Part shown: one piece after another, positions 39,538 through 53,729 of the stretch
How the letters are laid out: every line of letters begins with the position of its first letter
Numbering within the stretch: position 1 is the stretch's first letter
Origin: Paraspadella gotoi
Lineage: Eukaryota; Animalia; Chaetognatha
Direction of reading: 5' to 3'
NCBI GenBank assembly: GCA_051294375.1
Contig: CM119265.1
Span: 27,380,839 to 27,444,838, forward strand
Length of the DNA: 64,000 nt
Notes under the pieces: generated by a model
Told to the model about the DNA's origin: nothing
Seen by the model: the letters and a program-made list of their open reading frames with translations, nothing else
Database searches by the model: none
Position numbers and translations under genes: made by a program

Positions 39538-40620
39538 GGATCCTGTGAGTGAAATGGAGGGCCTTGCCATGTCTGATCTAAAAAAAAGGGTAATTTTAAA
39601 TCGGCGAGTGTTTGATGGAAGATTCTAAATAGGCATAGGTTGGCCAAGGATCATGAAAAATGGTGTAGGCGAAGCACCGAGGGGAAATCGCTGCCTTTTT
39701 CCTTTTTTTTTCTTTTTCTTTTTTGGCAACGGATTTTTCCTCCGAATTCGTTTCGCCATTTTTGTCTTAAGGTTCTTTTCTTTTCTCTTTGTTCTCTTTT
39801 CTCTTTTCTTCTCTTTTCTTTTTTCTTTTCTTTTTTTCTCTTTTCTTTTTTCTCTTTTCTTCTCTTTTCTTCTCTTTTCTCTTTTTTTCTCTTTTCTTCT
39901 CTTTTCTCTTTTCTTTTTTCTCTTTTTTTATTTTTCTATTTTCTTCTCTTTTCTCTTTTCTTCTCTTTTCTTTTCTCTTTTCTTTTTTATCTTTTCTTTT
40001 CTTTTCTCTTTTCTTTTTTTTTCTCTTTTTTTTCTTTTCTCCTTTCCCTTTCTCTCTCCTTTTCTAATTTTTCAGATTTGGAAAATTTCCTGCCTATAAT
40101 CGTTGTAAGAAATTGATACAATCAGTATAAAAATTATCAATTGATTCATTTATTAAATAAGCTATCTTGCCCCTAACTTTTGACTATGGTGGTTTAAGGC
40201 CTAAATCACTCTTACAAGATAATGCCCTGAAAGCTTTCAATCAAGAGTCTCTGACAGTCTCGTTTATTCACTTCCAGAGCACCTGGCCTCCATATCAATT
40301 TAGTAGTAAAATGTTTCAAAGAATGTTTTAATTATATAACAGCACCACTCCCTAATTCTTTTTCCTGTACTTTAATTTTTGTCCTTTTCCATTTTCACTT
40401 CTCTTTTCTAACCTTTCGCCTTATCTTATTTTGTACCCTATCTTTTTTCCCTTAATTCCGTTATCTCCTCTGTTTTACATCCCTTTTCTTTCTCCTTTCT
40501 TTTTTCTCCCTTCATTCCCTTTCCTTTTTTCTCCCTTCCTCCTTTTCCTTTTTTCCCTTTCCTCCCTTTCCTTTTTTTCTCTCTTCCTCCCTCCCTTCCT
40601 TATTATTCATATATTCTCAG

Positions 40621-40673
40621 TTATCACTTTTTCCTTCCATCATTAACGCGAGTCGAACCGACGTCTCGAAATC

Positions 40674-40712
<39 letters not shown>

Positions 40713-40874
40713 TTGTCGACGATGACGAAGATTTGGAGGACGATTTCGACGATGATGACGATGATGACCACAACGAGGACGAAGAAGACGATGATGACGA
40801 CAACGACGACGATGATGACGACGACGATGACGACGATGACGACAACGATGACGAGACGAAGACGACGATAACAG
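40621..40874 (+). CDS. Candidate poly-Asp exon
   Basis: Pyrimidine tract plus TTCTCAG|; open frame YHFFLPSLTRVEPTSRNR followed by about 60 residues, mostly D, with mixed GAC/GAT/GAA/AAC codons; possible donor CAG|GTTTTG. Confidence 0.35.
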
Positions 40875-41529
40875 GTTTTGAAATTGTTATATAATTCTGA
40901 AAAGAGATGCTTCAAAAATGGCTTATCGAATAGAATAATATTTTAATAAAATTTAAAAAAGAATTGAGCTCTTTCTTTTTTTTACATTTTACTATTTCTT
41001 TTCTTATGTTATTTTTGTAAGACCAATTTTCAACTATTCTTTACTGAAGCAGTCCTTACAATTGACCACAGTCCTTTTTCAAGGACTATAGAAACTTTTT
41101 ACTTTCTTCTCTCTCTCTTTCTTTCTCTCTCTCACTTTCTCAGTTTAAAGCACTAGTAGCCTAAAGCTTGCACCTTCGTTTTCAATATCAATATCAATTT
41201 ATTTCTCTCTCTTTCTTTTATAAACTTACTTTCAAAAATTTAATATTGTATCACTTGCGCTGAAGGTTTGGATAAAAACCAAAAATATTCGTTAATCGCA
41301 AATTTAATTGTAAAAACTTACTACTTTGTTCACCAATTTTGAAACGTAACAAAAAAGAGTGAACCGAGTGATTCTCGGCGTGTATTTCCTTTTGATCACA
41401 TGATATGACATGATTTGATTAAAAACATTTTTTACCCTTGTATTTATGACATGCATTGCATCAAAATTCCGTCTTTTATTCTTTAAAGTTTTAGGAATTC
41501 CTCAAGGCGGTGCTAGTTGTCCTATATAT

Positions 41530-41720
41530 TTGAGGTTTTTTTCTGTCCTAACAAATAAGCAACCAATTATAGGCAAATTATATGCATTTTTAATGTAAGT
41601 GGGACAGACCGATAGACAGACATACCAACCAACCGACGGACTGACAGACCGACCGACCAACAGACCGATAAAAAAGTGACTTATAGAGTTACTCCGCGAG
41701 TACTCGCGGCGCAACTAAAA
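41530..41720 (-). mobile_element. Second HINE-like family, 5' part (related fragments near 28140-28215, 33030-33135, 39040-39105)
   Basis: TTTTAGTTGCG start, 16-bp palindrome CCGCGAGTACTCGCGG (41694-41709), AACTCTATAAG motif, (GGTC/TGTC)n, then CCCACTTAC shared with the 33.1-kb copy. Confidence 0.5.
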
Positions 41721-41976
41721 ATAAACAGTTGTAGGGAACAGTGGTATAGTGCTGTGAGAACTGTTCCCTGAGGGTTTCTGAGCGGCGTTATACTTGGGTC
41801 GAGTCGAGTTAAATTTGTTACACATATATTTTATAGTTTCTTAGTAACGGGATAATTCAAGAATACATATCAGCGCAACACATTTGAAATACCGTTCTTG
41901 TTTATTGAAAGAAAGATTTATGGATTGCGTAGAGTAGAGTTGAGTAGAGATTTTGTAAAGTGTCCCATTCGGTAAA

Positions 41977-42025
<49 letters not shown>

Positions 42026-42818
42026 CGCGACAACCTCATATTCCGACCCCAAGCGAGTCCAAGGTCAAGAGTCCAAGGTCAAAGGTTCAAGGTCATCGTC
42101 GCGACATACCTCAACCTCGCGGTTCCGCCCACTTTTAGCGTCTGCTTTTTTCCACTAGTCGCGTCGACGCCTCTTTATGGCATTTGTCGTCCTGCCATCT
42201 AGTGATGCTATCAAGAGGCGCCATTAAGAGGGCGCGATTGTCGGTTCGACGATGGAGAATGAGGAGAAGAAAAAGAATTAAAAAGAAAAGTATATTTCTT
42301 ATTTTTTGTAGAAAGGGCTGAGGAGAGAGGAGAAAGATAGGAGATTAGAAGAGAGAGGAAAGAAGAAAGATAGGAAAAGAAAGGTGAAAGGAGAGAGAAT
42401 GGAGGAGAGAGGAGAAAGATAGGAGATGAGAAGAGAGAGGAAAGAGGAAAGAAAGGAGAAAGGTGAAATGAGAGAGAAGGGAGGAGAGAGGAGAAAGATA
42501 GGAGACGAGAAGAGAGAGGAAAGAGGAAAGATAGGAGGAGAAAGGTGAAAGGAGAGAGAAGGGAGGAGAGAGGAGAGAGGAGAAAGATAGGAGATGAGAA
42601 GAGAGAGGAAAGATAAGAGTAGAGAGGAGAAAGAAGTGAGCAAATGCTGGGTGGAAAGTTGTCACAACTGATGACAAATTTTCCGACATAAACTGTCAAA
42701 CATGATTAAGGAAATGATGACATGAAAATGACAAGAAAAAGACCAGAGAATGACAAGAAAATCGGTCCAAACCAGACGGGATGAAAAAAAGCGGTGAAAA
42801 TGGCGTTCGATGGGGCGG

Positions 42819-42883
<65 letters not shown>

Positions 42884-42979
42884 GGCAAAAGCGTGGAAAC
42901 CGAAGGTCAGGAAAAATTCTAGAAAATGGGTTCGAAAAAAAATTTAAGGAGACGAAGACGATAAGAGAAAGAGGGAAAA

Positions 42980-43810
42980 TGGGCAAATCCGATGTGAGTG
43001 GCCAGTCGAGAAGAGAAGAAGATGGCAAGCCCCGGATTGCGAAGTGGCGTGAGATGAGAGGAAGATGCAGCCCGGATGTGAGTGTGCGTGAGAAGAGAGA
43101 GGATGCAAGCCCCGATGCGAGTGGCGAGAAGAGAGAGAGATGGCAAAGCCGGATGCGAGTGGCGTGAGATGAGAGAAGATGGCAAAGCCGGATTGAGTGG
43201 CGTGAGAAGAGAGAAATGCCAAGCCCGGATGGATGGCTGAGATGAGGAAAGATGGGCACCCGGATTGAGTGGCGTGGAGAAGAGAGAAGATGGCAAGCCC
43301 GGATGCGAGTGGCGTGAGATGAGAGAAGATGGCAAGCCCGGATGTGATGTGCGTGAGAGAGAAGGAAATGCAAGCCCGGATGTGATTGTCGTGAGATGAG
43401 AGAAAATGCAAGCCCCGGATGTGAGTGGCGTGAAGAAAGAGAAGAATGGCAAGCCCAGTTGATGGCGTTAGAAGAGAGAAGATGGCAACCCGGATGTGAG
43501 TGGCGTGAGAGAAGAGAAGATATGCAAAGCCGACGTGAATGGCGCTGAGATGAGAGAAAATGGCAACCCGGATGTGAGTGGCGTGAGAGAGAGAGATAGA
43601 CAAGCCCCGGATGCGAGTGGCGTGAAGATGAGAGAAGATGGCAAGCCCGGATTGAGTGGCGAGAAGAGAATGAACCCGGATTGAGTGGCATGAGAGAGAG
43701 AATGGCAAGCCCCGGATGTGATGGCGTGAGAGAGAGAAGGATTGGCAAGCCGTTGTGAATGGTGAGAAGAGAGAAGATGGCAAGCCCCGGATGCGAGTGT
43801 CGTGAGAAAA
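42980..43810. repeat. ~39-bp minisatellite, about 20 units
   Basis: Unit GATGGCAAGCCCGGATGCGAGTGGCGTGAGATGAGAGAA with many indels; explains the long ORFs in this interval. Confidence 0.92.
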
Positions 43811-43919
43811 GTCCGTCTGTCCGTCAATCCGTCCCTCTATCCGTCCGTCCATCTATCCGTCTGCCGGCGCCCGCCAACTCATAGTAAAACTTGACATGAA
43901 GTTTTATCTTCTATTGTAG

Positions 43920-44193
43920 AGAAAAGAAGATTCATTTCTGAAGATCAAACGACGACGACGACGATGATGATGATGATAATTATGATGAGCTCGATCATTA
44001 GGAATTTTTTATCACCGGAGGAAAAGAATTCTGCCACAATGGGCAACTCTGGCGCGCGTGCGACAATGGCGGGCGGCCGCGGGTGTCGCCGGACGGCGAT
44101 AGCAGATGACGATGGCAGATGTGTCACGTGACAATGGTCAGAATGGCGATTTTGTCGGTGGGAATTTGGAAGACGAAAAATCACGTGACCTCG
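43920..44193 (+). CDS. Candidate acidic exon corrupted by indels
   Basis: TTGTAG| acceptor, G|GTACAT donor, GC-rich island. Fragments in shifting frames read KRRFISEDQ / DDDDDDDDNYDELDH / FLSPEEKNSATM / ADVSRDNGQNGDFVGGNLEDEKSRDL. Lies next to visibly noisy sequence. Confidence 0.3.
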
Positions 44194-44436
44194 GTACATA
44201 AGAAGCAAAGGTATACTGCTTTGAATCACGACGATTTATATGGTGAAAAGCGTCGTAAATGATAGATATTATCAGTGACATTATCTATAACTGACATAAT
44301 TAGAGTGAGACAGACCGACAGACTCATTGATCGACCAAATTAAAATGTTTCAACGTTTTTGATTTATGATGATGACAATGACAAATAGGATGACGACGAT
44401 AATGTCGATCACGATGACAATGACGACGACGACGAC

Positions 44437-44471
<35 letters not shown>

Positions 44472-44606
44472 CGATGATGATTATGATGACAGTTAGGATC
44501 AATGTCAGTAGCTGATGATATATTTTCTGAGTCGCCATAAACAAACATCGTCGTTACCTTACCCTACCTGTCCTTACCTGGTTTCATTTGGCTCTTATGG
44601 AAAAAT

Positions 44607-44647
<41 letters not shown>

Positions 44648-44680
44648 GCGACAACAAATCATTTATTCCTCTTTTATTTG

Positions 44681-45038
44681 TTTTTAGTCGGATCTGCTCA
44701 TCAGCAGATTCCGACTCTATAATTCACTTTGTCGGTCCGTCGGTCAATATCAGTTAATATTTTAATTAATCAATTATTTAATAATTAATTAATTTATCAA
44801 TCAATTAATTATTCAATAAATCAATTTATTTATCTCTTAATTATTTATTCAATAAATCATTTTATTTATCAATTAATTAATTATTCGTCGTCGTCGTCGT
44901 CGTTGCTTTGGCCGTGGTCCGTGACGAAAAGACCTAAAAACAAATATGTCGGATCAAATAAATTAATTAATTGATTAATTGCCTAAATAATACCGCTCAT
45001 AATCGCGGGCAGATCCGACATTGTTTGCTCAAACTTGT
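44681..45038 (+). mobile_element. Helentron-associated element (HINE / DINE-1-like)
   Basis: T-run, then AGTCGGATCTGCT..AGCAGATTCCGACT hairpin, GTCG/GTCC microsatellite, 3' subTIR GCAGATCCGAC and short stem-loop GTTTG-CT-CAAAC ending ACTTGT. Confidence 0.7.
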
Positions 45039-45369
45039 CATTTAGATAATATCTGTCATAAATTCTTCTTCTCTTCAGCCTCTTCATTAATTGAACGACC
45101 GTTTGTCGATATTTCCTATCAACGATTCTTTTTATTACACAAACTCGTTAATCCCACCAGTTTTCACCTTCGCCTTCCTTTATTTTCTCATTTTTTTAAA
45201 ATATGAGAATCGGCCATTTGAGATTTTTCATATCGTATTTCATATATCATATTTTTTCATATCTTATCTTTTCCTCAATATTTAATCTCGTTTCTCGTTT
45301 TTTTTGTTAATCATCTTCTTATCGAAAACTTTTTTTTTCTTCCGCCCTTATCTTAAATTGGGTCGTTAA

Positions 45370-45435
<66 letters not shown>

Positions 45436-46201
45436 GTTTTAGGGTTTCGTTAAATTATTATATAATTATAATTAAAATAAATTATATATTTGGGGATTAA
45501 TTAAAATGCACCAGAAAAGAGAGGACTTTATTTGGTTCAGTATTTTATTCCTTTTCAAAATTGATTAAAACTTTTCCTTCAGAATTATTTTATCTTTTAT
45601 TTTTATCAGTTAAATTTTTTATCACTGTTTAGTACAATTCTTTTTCTTGTTTGGCTTTAAACTTTAACAAATTTTCATGATAAATTTCCTATACTAAAAT
45701 TAACGGTTTAAATACTCATATGACGATTTTAGTATTTTACTCATTATTTTGCTTGCTTCCAATCAACTCCCATGCTTGCTTCGAGTCCCTCATCCTCGAT
45801 TGCTTCCATTCCTCACTTGTGATTGGTTCCACTTTCCATCTAAATATCCCCTCTGGCCCCTCATTCGGTTAGAGAACAGACCCTCGTCTCTTCTCTCTCT
45901 CTCTCTCTCCTCTCTCACTGCTCGTCTCTCTCATTCTCTTCTCTTCTCTCTCCTCTCTCTCTCCTGTCTGTGCCGTGCTATCTTGCTCTCTCTCTCTTCG
46001 TTTCTCCCTCTGCCATCAGTCGTCTCTTTCCGCTGGAAAAAGCGCTCGCCGTTTATTGTCATGCCCACTTGGCCGACGCGAGGCCCTGGGGGTATAACAA
46101 GGCCGGGACTCGCGATTGCTCGCGTTCCGTCTCCCCGCCTCTCTCTCTCTCCTCCTCCTCTCTCTCTCCTTCCCTCNNNNNNNNNNNNNNNNNNNNNNNN
46201 N

Positions 46202-46237
<36 letters not shown>

Positions 46238-46917
46238 GGGTCGTTGCACTTGGGCATTTGAGGGTTGAACATTGCAAGAGCTGAAATATGGTAGAGTACA
46301 GAGATAAAATAGACTAAAATAAATAATGTTTAATAAATTGTATGTTGAAGTAGTTATTTTTTATAAATATAATTTAAAAAAAATATGTTCAGTTTGTTCA
46401 CTCATCCGAATTTCATTTTCTTCTTTGAAAAAAAAGTCGAATGATATCGTTGACTGTAATTTAATTTTATAAAACAAGTCCTCATTTTTAAAACTCGGTC
46501 GGTCAGTCGGTCAGTTGGTCNNNNNNNNNNNNNNNNNNNNNNNNNNNNNNNNNNNNNNNNNNNNNNNNNNNNNNNNNNNNNNNNNNNNNNNNNNNNNNNN
46601 NNNNNNNNNNNNNNNNNNNNNNNNNNNNNNNNNNNNNNNNNNNNNNNNNNNNNNNNNNNNNNNNNNNNNNNNNNNNNNNNNNNNNNNNNNNNNNNNNNNN
46701 NNNNNNNNNNNNNNNNNNNNNNNNNNNNNNNNNNNNNNNAAATGTGGAGAGTAAAACAGTTAAATTTTCTGTTAGTAACAGTAAAATGACGAGAGAATTA
46801 AATTCAGGTTTCACTGTTTGAGAGAAAAAACCCACTTTTATTCCAAGCTGATCAGCTGATGTTTCCATTCGAGAATAAAAAGAGAATTCTGTTGTCAGCT
46901 TGAAAAACTTTAATTAA

Positions 46918-47600
46918 ACAAGTTTGAGCAAACAATGTCGGATCTGCCCACGATCGGTAATTAATTAATCAATAATTAATTAATTCAAGTTAATTAATTA
47001 ATCAAATTAATTTGATTAATTAATTAATTCAAGTTAATTAATTAATTAATCAAATTAATTTGATCCAAAATATTTGTTTTAATTATTTAATTGACTGATT
47101 AATTAATTATTGATTAATTAATTGACTAATTTATTAAGTAACTGATTAATTATTTGATTAATTAATACATCTTGCGTTTACATTTAATATAAAAAGAAAA
47201 AGAAGCATAATCAAATAGTGAAACAGGTTTTTTGTTTTTTACCATTTAAACTCATTTCCACTCAAACGATTCCATCGAAACTTGATTTCCAGCTTAATCA
47301 CACACTTTCCTACCCCTCATAAAAAATTTCATTCCAATCCATCCATCCAATCACGAGTAATTGGTGTTTTTTGCTAAGTTGGGACGGATGGACAGACAGA
47401 CAGACGGACAAACGAATAGACAGACGGATGGATGGACGGACCTAATTTTTTAAAAATAATTTATCATAATTCGATGTTCTGACATTGTATATAAGGTGGA
47501 GATGCTCCGACAAGATTGAGGGGGCAGACCTGACGGACCGACAAGTGAATTTATAGAGCTAGAAGATCTCCTATTTATAAGCAGATATCGCCGACTTAAA
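46918..47600 (-). mobile_element. HINE, second copy (5' part repeated at 50736-50970; isolated 3' end at 54928-54958)
   Basis: Identical 3' terminus ACAAGTTTGAGCAAACAATGTCGGATCTGCC, GACA/GACG microsatellite, same 5' hairpin. Confidence 0.65.
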
Positions 47601-50600
47601 AAAAAAGTCAACCTTAATAAATATTACGTAATTACTTGGTAGAACATAGAGAGGTATAGACAGTGGCAACTGAAGATTTTTTTTTTTTTATTGTTTCTTT
47701 TATTTTTCTTTTTTTTGTTTTCTTTCTTATCTTCTTTCTGTATTTTTATTGCTCTATTGCTTTCTTTTTCCTCCCAATTTATTTTCTTTTATTTCTTTAT
47801 AGCTTCTGTTATTTCTATGACTTTTCGAAGTCGTTTCACAAAGTCGATGGACGAGAGGCCAAAAAATAACAATGAACTTTTTCAAAAAAAAAAGATAATG
47901 TGACGTCAAACAGTTGAAAATGTACATTTAAATGAGTTTATAGTTATACGTTTATGGTTACATAAAAGACATAAAATGACATCAAATACAACAAATAACA
48001 ACTAATAACAACAAATAACAATCGAAATGTCCTCTGTTATGATATATAAATGATATCAAATGACATCAATGACATATCAAATGACGGTTTCAATATATGT
48101 CAAATTCGTTCAATGAAATGAAATCTCGCGTCAAGTTTTTCTCTCTAAGATATTTTTTTATATATATCCATTTAAATTATTTCTCTTTCCTTTTTTAATA
48201 TTTACTTCTTGCTTATTTTCCTCTTTTCCTCTCTTTTTTACTATCTCAGGAAGTCAAAACGCATGAGAAATATTGAAGGAGTAAATCATGACATCTCTCT
48301 CCCATGTCCAGAATCCATCAATCCCTATCAGCTATACTCCAAATTCAAACATTTGCTGGATTTTCCCCCCGCCGTTCATCCATGGAAGCGTCATGGAGGA
48401 ACGTCATACCGGATCTCTCTCTCATCTCATCACTCTTCTCATCTCTTCTCCTTCTTCACTCTCTCTCTCTTCCAATTTGTTGAAATTTTTAATATCACAT
48501 TAACATGCAGAGTAAACAACAAACTTACAAATCTTCCTCTTTATGTCTTAAAAAAAAAACGAAATTTGAATAATATATGAGTGCAAAAACAAATTTGCAA
48601 TCATAAAGGCGATATTGAAAACGGAGAAAGATTACATTTTCATGCATACAATAACCAGTAGATGAATGCACCACAGAAAGAAGAGACACCTAATCTCTCT
48701 CTCTTATCAATATCTCTATCATCTACCAATCTCTCTCTCTCTCCATTATTATATCAATATTAATAAATATACTCTAATAAAAAATTGTCCTTTTAATACC
48801 TTCATTTTAAAAATTATTTGTATTTTCCACTGTTACTATTGTAACATTTGCTCGTGAACAATGTTACTGTTTAAATATTAATATACTTTCAATCAAGATC
48901 AAATTTCTCTCTCTCCTCCTATCTCTCCATCTCTTCCTCTACTTACTCCATCTCCCCGCGCTCCCCTCTCTCTCTATGACCTACTCATCTCTCCTCCCAA
49001 TTTTTCAGAGATAACAGCATTGAAATTATTGTTGTTTCTCTCGATGGCGAGTGAGAAGAGAGTATGAGAGAGAGAGAGAGGAGAAGAGTCAACGCTCAAC
49101 GACCGATCGATGTATCGAAAAAAAGTAATATTCATACTACATATACAGCATGAATATTAGTGTATTCCTGCCGCTGTTTCTTGGAAGAGACTTCCCTCCT
49201 CCCAAGTAGTGTGATGGGAGGAAGAGAGAGAAGGAGAGAAGAGAGAGGGGAAAGAGAGAGAGAGAGAACGCAAGAAGTAAGAGAAGGATGGAGATGAAGA
49301 GAAAACGAGGATGGGAGGGAGAGAGAGAAATAAGAAAGAGAAAGTAATAGTATTGGGAGGAGAGAGATAGGAAGTAGAGATTAGTTGGTTGAAAGAGAGA
49401 GATGAGAGAGAAGGTGTAGAGGAGTTAAGAGAAAGAGAGAGAAAAAGAGAGAGAAGAGAGAAAGACATGAGGAGGTGATATTTATATTGCTTGTTGGTTT
49501 TTTTCTAACTGTTTTTCTTTCATTATTTTATCTTAAGCAACTCAACAGAGTTTTTTATATCCCTGAATTCTAACTCGATTCGAAAGAAATGGTTCAAACC
49601 AAGAATGTGGCAACGGTATGGATATAGGATATGATAAATAGGATAGATAAAGAGATAAATATAATTGGCAATTGGGATGTGATAACGGATTGTGAAAGGA
49701 AATATTTAGGTGGGTATAAATGTGTTGGGTTAGATTTCCAAAGAGAATGGCAGCGTAATGGTGAGATCAAACGGAGTATGAACACAGGGTGAGTGCACCA
49801 ATGAGCAAAAAGGGTGACTATATAGGACCGGAAACGGTTGAAAAAACTAAAGTTCTCATCAAATAATATGATTAAAAAGAGTGATTGATTAGAGAAAAAA
49901 ATATTGGAAAAATAAAAAAATAATTTTAAAAAATATTTCTATTAATAATAGCGCACGGAAGACATTATTAAAGAATATTTATTACTATATTTAATTTTTC
50001 AATTTTTTTATAATGATCTGATTAGAAGCTATTAAAAGATTATATAAAAGTTATAATACAAATTTTAAATTTTTTTTGTTTTATTGATAAAGATTAAAAA
50101 AATTGATAACCAATTTAGCCAATGATGATGATGAGATGATTTTTTCTAAAAACGTTTTTTTCTGTTTTTTAACCAATTTCTTGTCAAAATTTTCAAAAAT
50201 TGTAGTACCTAACTTCATTTAACTTTTCAAGCTCTATAGGAATCCGTTTCTTAAAAACCTATTTTTTTTTTTAAATTTTTGACATTTGTTATAATATTAA
50301 TAAATATTTAAATAGCTTCAGTGCAACAATCCAATGAACTAATCAAAAAGTTGCATTGAAATATCGATTTAGAATAAAGAAAAAAGGAATTTTTTTGAAG
50401 AGAATTAAAATGTTTATAATAAAAGTGTTAATTTTGGCCTCGCTCTTAGTGGCTATGGTGAAGGGGTGTACAAGGGTGGAAGATTGTAAGACACTAGGTT
50501 ACATAAATGTTGGTTGAAATGGCAACAGGGTCGTGGAAAGTCGTGGTGTAGATGGATGGCGGTTAGTTGAGAGTCATGACTCACCGCTGAGTGAGTAGAG

Positions 50601-51685
50601 CGTCAGAGGCTGCCACGCCCACACGGGGATGGCAATCCACTGTGGTGAGATGAATTGAGCAAAAATGACTTCAATTAGGAATTCGACAATCAAAAAAGGG
50701 AAAAGATATCNNNNNNNNNNNNNNNNNNNNNNNNNAATCACGAGTAATTGGTGTTTTTTGCTAAGTTGGGATGGATGGACAGACAGACAGACGGACAAAC
50801 GGATAGACAGACGGACGGATGGACGGACCTCATTTTTTTAAAATAATTTATCATAATTCGATGTTCTGACATGATATAAGTGAATGCCCGACAAGATTGA
50901 GGGGGCAGACCGACGGACCGACAAAGTGAATTATAGAGTCGGGATCTGCTAATAAGCAGACCCGACTAAAAAAAAAGTCACCTTCAATAAATATTCTTTA
51001 CTGTAGAAACTAGAGAGGTACAGTTGGCATCGAAGTTTTTTTATTTTTATTTTTCTTTTATTTTCTTTTTTTTGTTTTCTTTTCTTCTCTTTCTGTTTTT
51101 TTATGCTCTTTCTTCTTTTTTCCCCCATTTATTTTCTTTTATTTTCTTTTCTTTATTTCTCATGACTTTTCGAAGTCTTCACAAGTCGATGGACTGAAGC
51201 CAAAAAAATAAAACAAGACTTTTTCAAAAAAAAAAGAATAAATGACGTCAAACAGTTTGAAATGACATTAAATGAGTTTAAATTACGTTTAGTTACATAA
51301 AATGACATAAAATGACATCAAATAACAACAAATAACAACAAATAACAACAAATAACATCAAATGTCCTCTTATGATATAAAATGATATCAAATGACATCA
51401 AATGACATCAAATGACGTTTCAATTATGTCAAATCGTTCAAAAATGAATCTCGCGTCAAGTTTTCCTCTAAGATATTTTTTAATATTATCCATTTAATAT
51501 TTCTCATTTCCTTTTTATAATTTACTCTTTGCTTATTTCCTCTTTTCCTCTTTTCTCTTCTCGGGTCAAACGCATGAGAATTTGAGAGTAAACATCTCTC
51601 TCTCTGTCAGGCCACCCAATCTCGCTCTCAATTCAACATCTTGCTGGTTTTCGCCGTTCATGGAAGCGTCATGGAGGAACGTAAT

Positions 51686-51722
<37 letters not shown>

Positions 51723-52023
51723 NNNNNNNNNNNNNNNNNNNNNNNNNNNNNNNNNNNNNNNNNNNNNNNNNNNNNNNNNNNNNNNNNNNNNNNNNNNNNN
51801 NNNNNNNNNNNNNNNNNNNNNNNNNNNNNNNNNNNNNNNNNNNNNNNNNNNNNNNNNNNNNNNNNNNNNNNNNNNNNNNNNNNNNNNNNAAAAAAAAAAC
51901 GAAAACAATTGAAATATGAGGCAAAACAAATTTGCAACAAAAGGACGATGATGAAAACGGAGAAAGATTACATTTCCTGCTACAATAAACCAAGTAGATG
52001 AATGCAAACAGAAGAGGACCTCC

Positions 52024-52060
<37 letters not shown>

Positions 52061-52421
52061 NNNNNNNNNNNNNNNNNNNNNNNNNNNNNNNNNNNNNNNN
52101 NNNNNNNNNNNNNNNNNNNNNNNNNNNNNNNNNNNNTCACCGTCCACCTATTTACTTTCTGGCGTCTCTCATTCTCTCTGCTCTCTCTCTCTTCTCTCTC
52201 TCTCTCGTCTCTCTCCGCAACACACTTTGGAAGCTGTAAAAGAAGGCGAACATAAATCGCGAGAATGGAATACCTTTGTTCGTACATCGGTCGGGGTTGG
52301 TTGAGAGAAAAAACGATGGAGGGAGGGAGAGAGAGAAAAAGAGAAAGAGAAAGAAATAGATGGAGAGAGAGAGATAGGAAGAGAGATAGTGTGAAAGAGA
52401 GAGAGAGAGAGAGTGAGAGAG

Positions 52422-52452
<31 letters not shown>

Positions 52453-53550
52453 GAAAGACATGAAGGGGTGAAATATTGCTGTGGGTTTTCACGTTTTCTC
52501 GACTTCTCGGTTTTTATTGAACTAACTCGATCGAAAGAAAATGGCAACAAGTTGTGGCAACGGTTGGTGGTATGGTAATAGGGATGGTAAAGGATAATAA
52601 TATGGCAATGGGAGTGATAACGGATGGTGAAATGGAAATATAGGTGATAATGTGTGGTTAGATTTCCAAAGAGATGGCACGGTATGGTGAGATCAAAGCG
52701 GAGGTGGACCAGGGTGGTGCCATGGCAAAAAGGGTGGCTATTAGGCCGGAACAGGTTGAAAACTAGAAGTTCTCTCAAATAAATAATGATAAAGTGATTG
52801 TTAGAGAATATGAAAATAAAAATAATTTTAAAAAATTATCTTATTAATAAGCGCACGGAAGCATTTAAAGATTATTTTATTACTATATATAATTTTTCAA
52901 TTTTTTTTAATGGATTCTGATAGAGCTTTAAAAGTTAGATAAAGGTTATTAATACAAATTTTTAAATTTTTTTTGTTTTATTGATAAAGATTTTAAAAAA
53001 TTATAAAATTTAGCCAATGATGATGATGATGATGATTTTTTAACGTTTTTTCTGTTTTTAACCAATTTCTTGTCAAAATTTTCAAAAATTGTAGTACTAA
53101 CTTTCATTTAACTTTTCAAGCTCTATAGGAATCCGTTCTTAAAAACTATTTTTTTTTTTAAATTTTTGACATTTGTTATATATTAATAAATATTTAAAAG
53201 CTTCAGTGCAACAATCCAATGAACTAATTCAAAAAGTTGCATTGAAAATCGATTTAGTAATAGAAGGAAAAAAGGAATTTTTTTGAGAGAATTAAAAGTT
53301 ATAAAAAGTGTTCAATTTTGGCCCGCCTTAGTGGCTATGGTGAGGGGTGACAAGGGTGGAAGAGAAGACACCAGGGGTTACAAAAGTTGGTGAAATGGCA
53401 ACAGGGCGGGAAAGTCGTGGTGAGATGGTATTAAGTGTAGTCTGGAGTGGTGAGATGGCGTCAGAGGCTGCACGGATGATAGGATGGCAATCCTAGTGGT
53501 GAGATTGGCAAAAATGACTTCATTGGAAATCGACAAATCAAGGAAAAGAT
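47349..53550 (+). repeat. Tandem duplication 47349-50706 vs 50736-53550 across a 25-N gap
   Basis: Both copies begin AATCACGAGTAATTGGTG and stay colinear; the first copy is insertion-rich. Confidence 0.9.
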
Positions 53551-53729
53551 CCAAAAATACATTGAAAGGAAAGAGGAGTCAAAGAGAGGAGAATAAATGA
53601 AGGAAATATTAAATAGAAAAATGTTAAGAAAATAAAGGAAAAAGTAATTAATTAGGAAAAATACTTACATGGAAAATGTAAGTATGAAATTAAAATTAAA
53701 AAATTAAGAAATTAAAAAAAAACATGAAT

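Noticed and set aside
42696-43852. 350-aa and 302-aa ORFs with SRHSHPG/HATRIR repeats
   Set aside because: Arise from a ~39-bp minisatellite whose units shift frame constantly.
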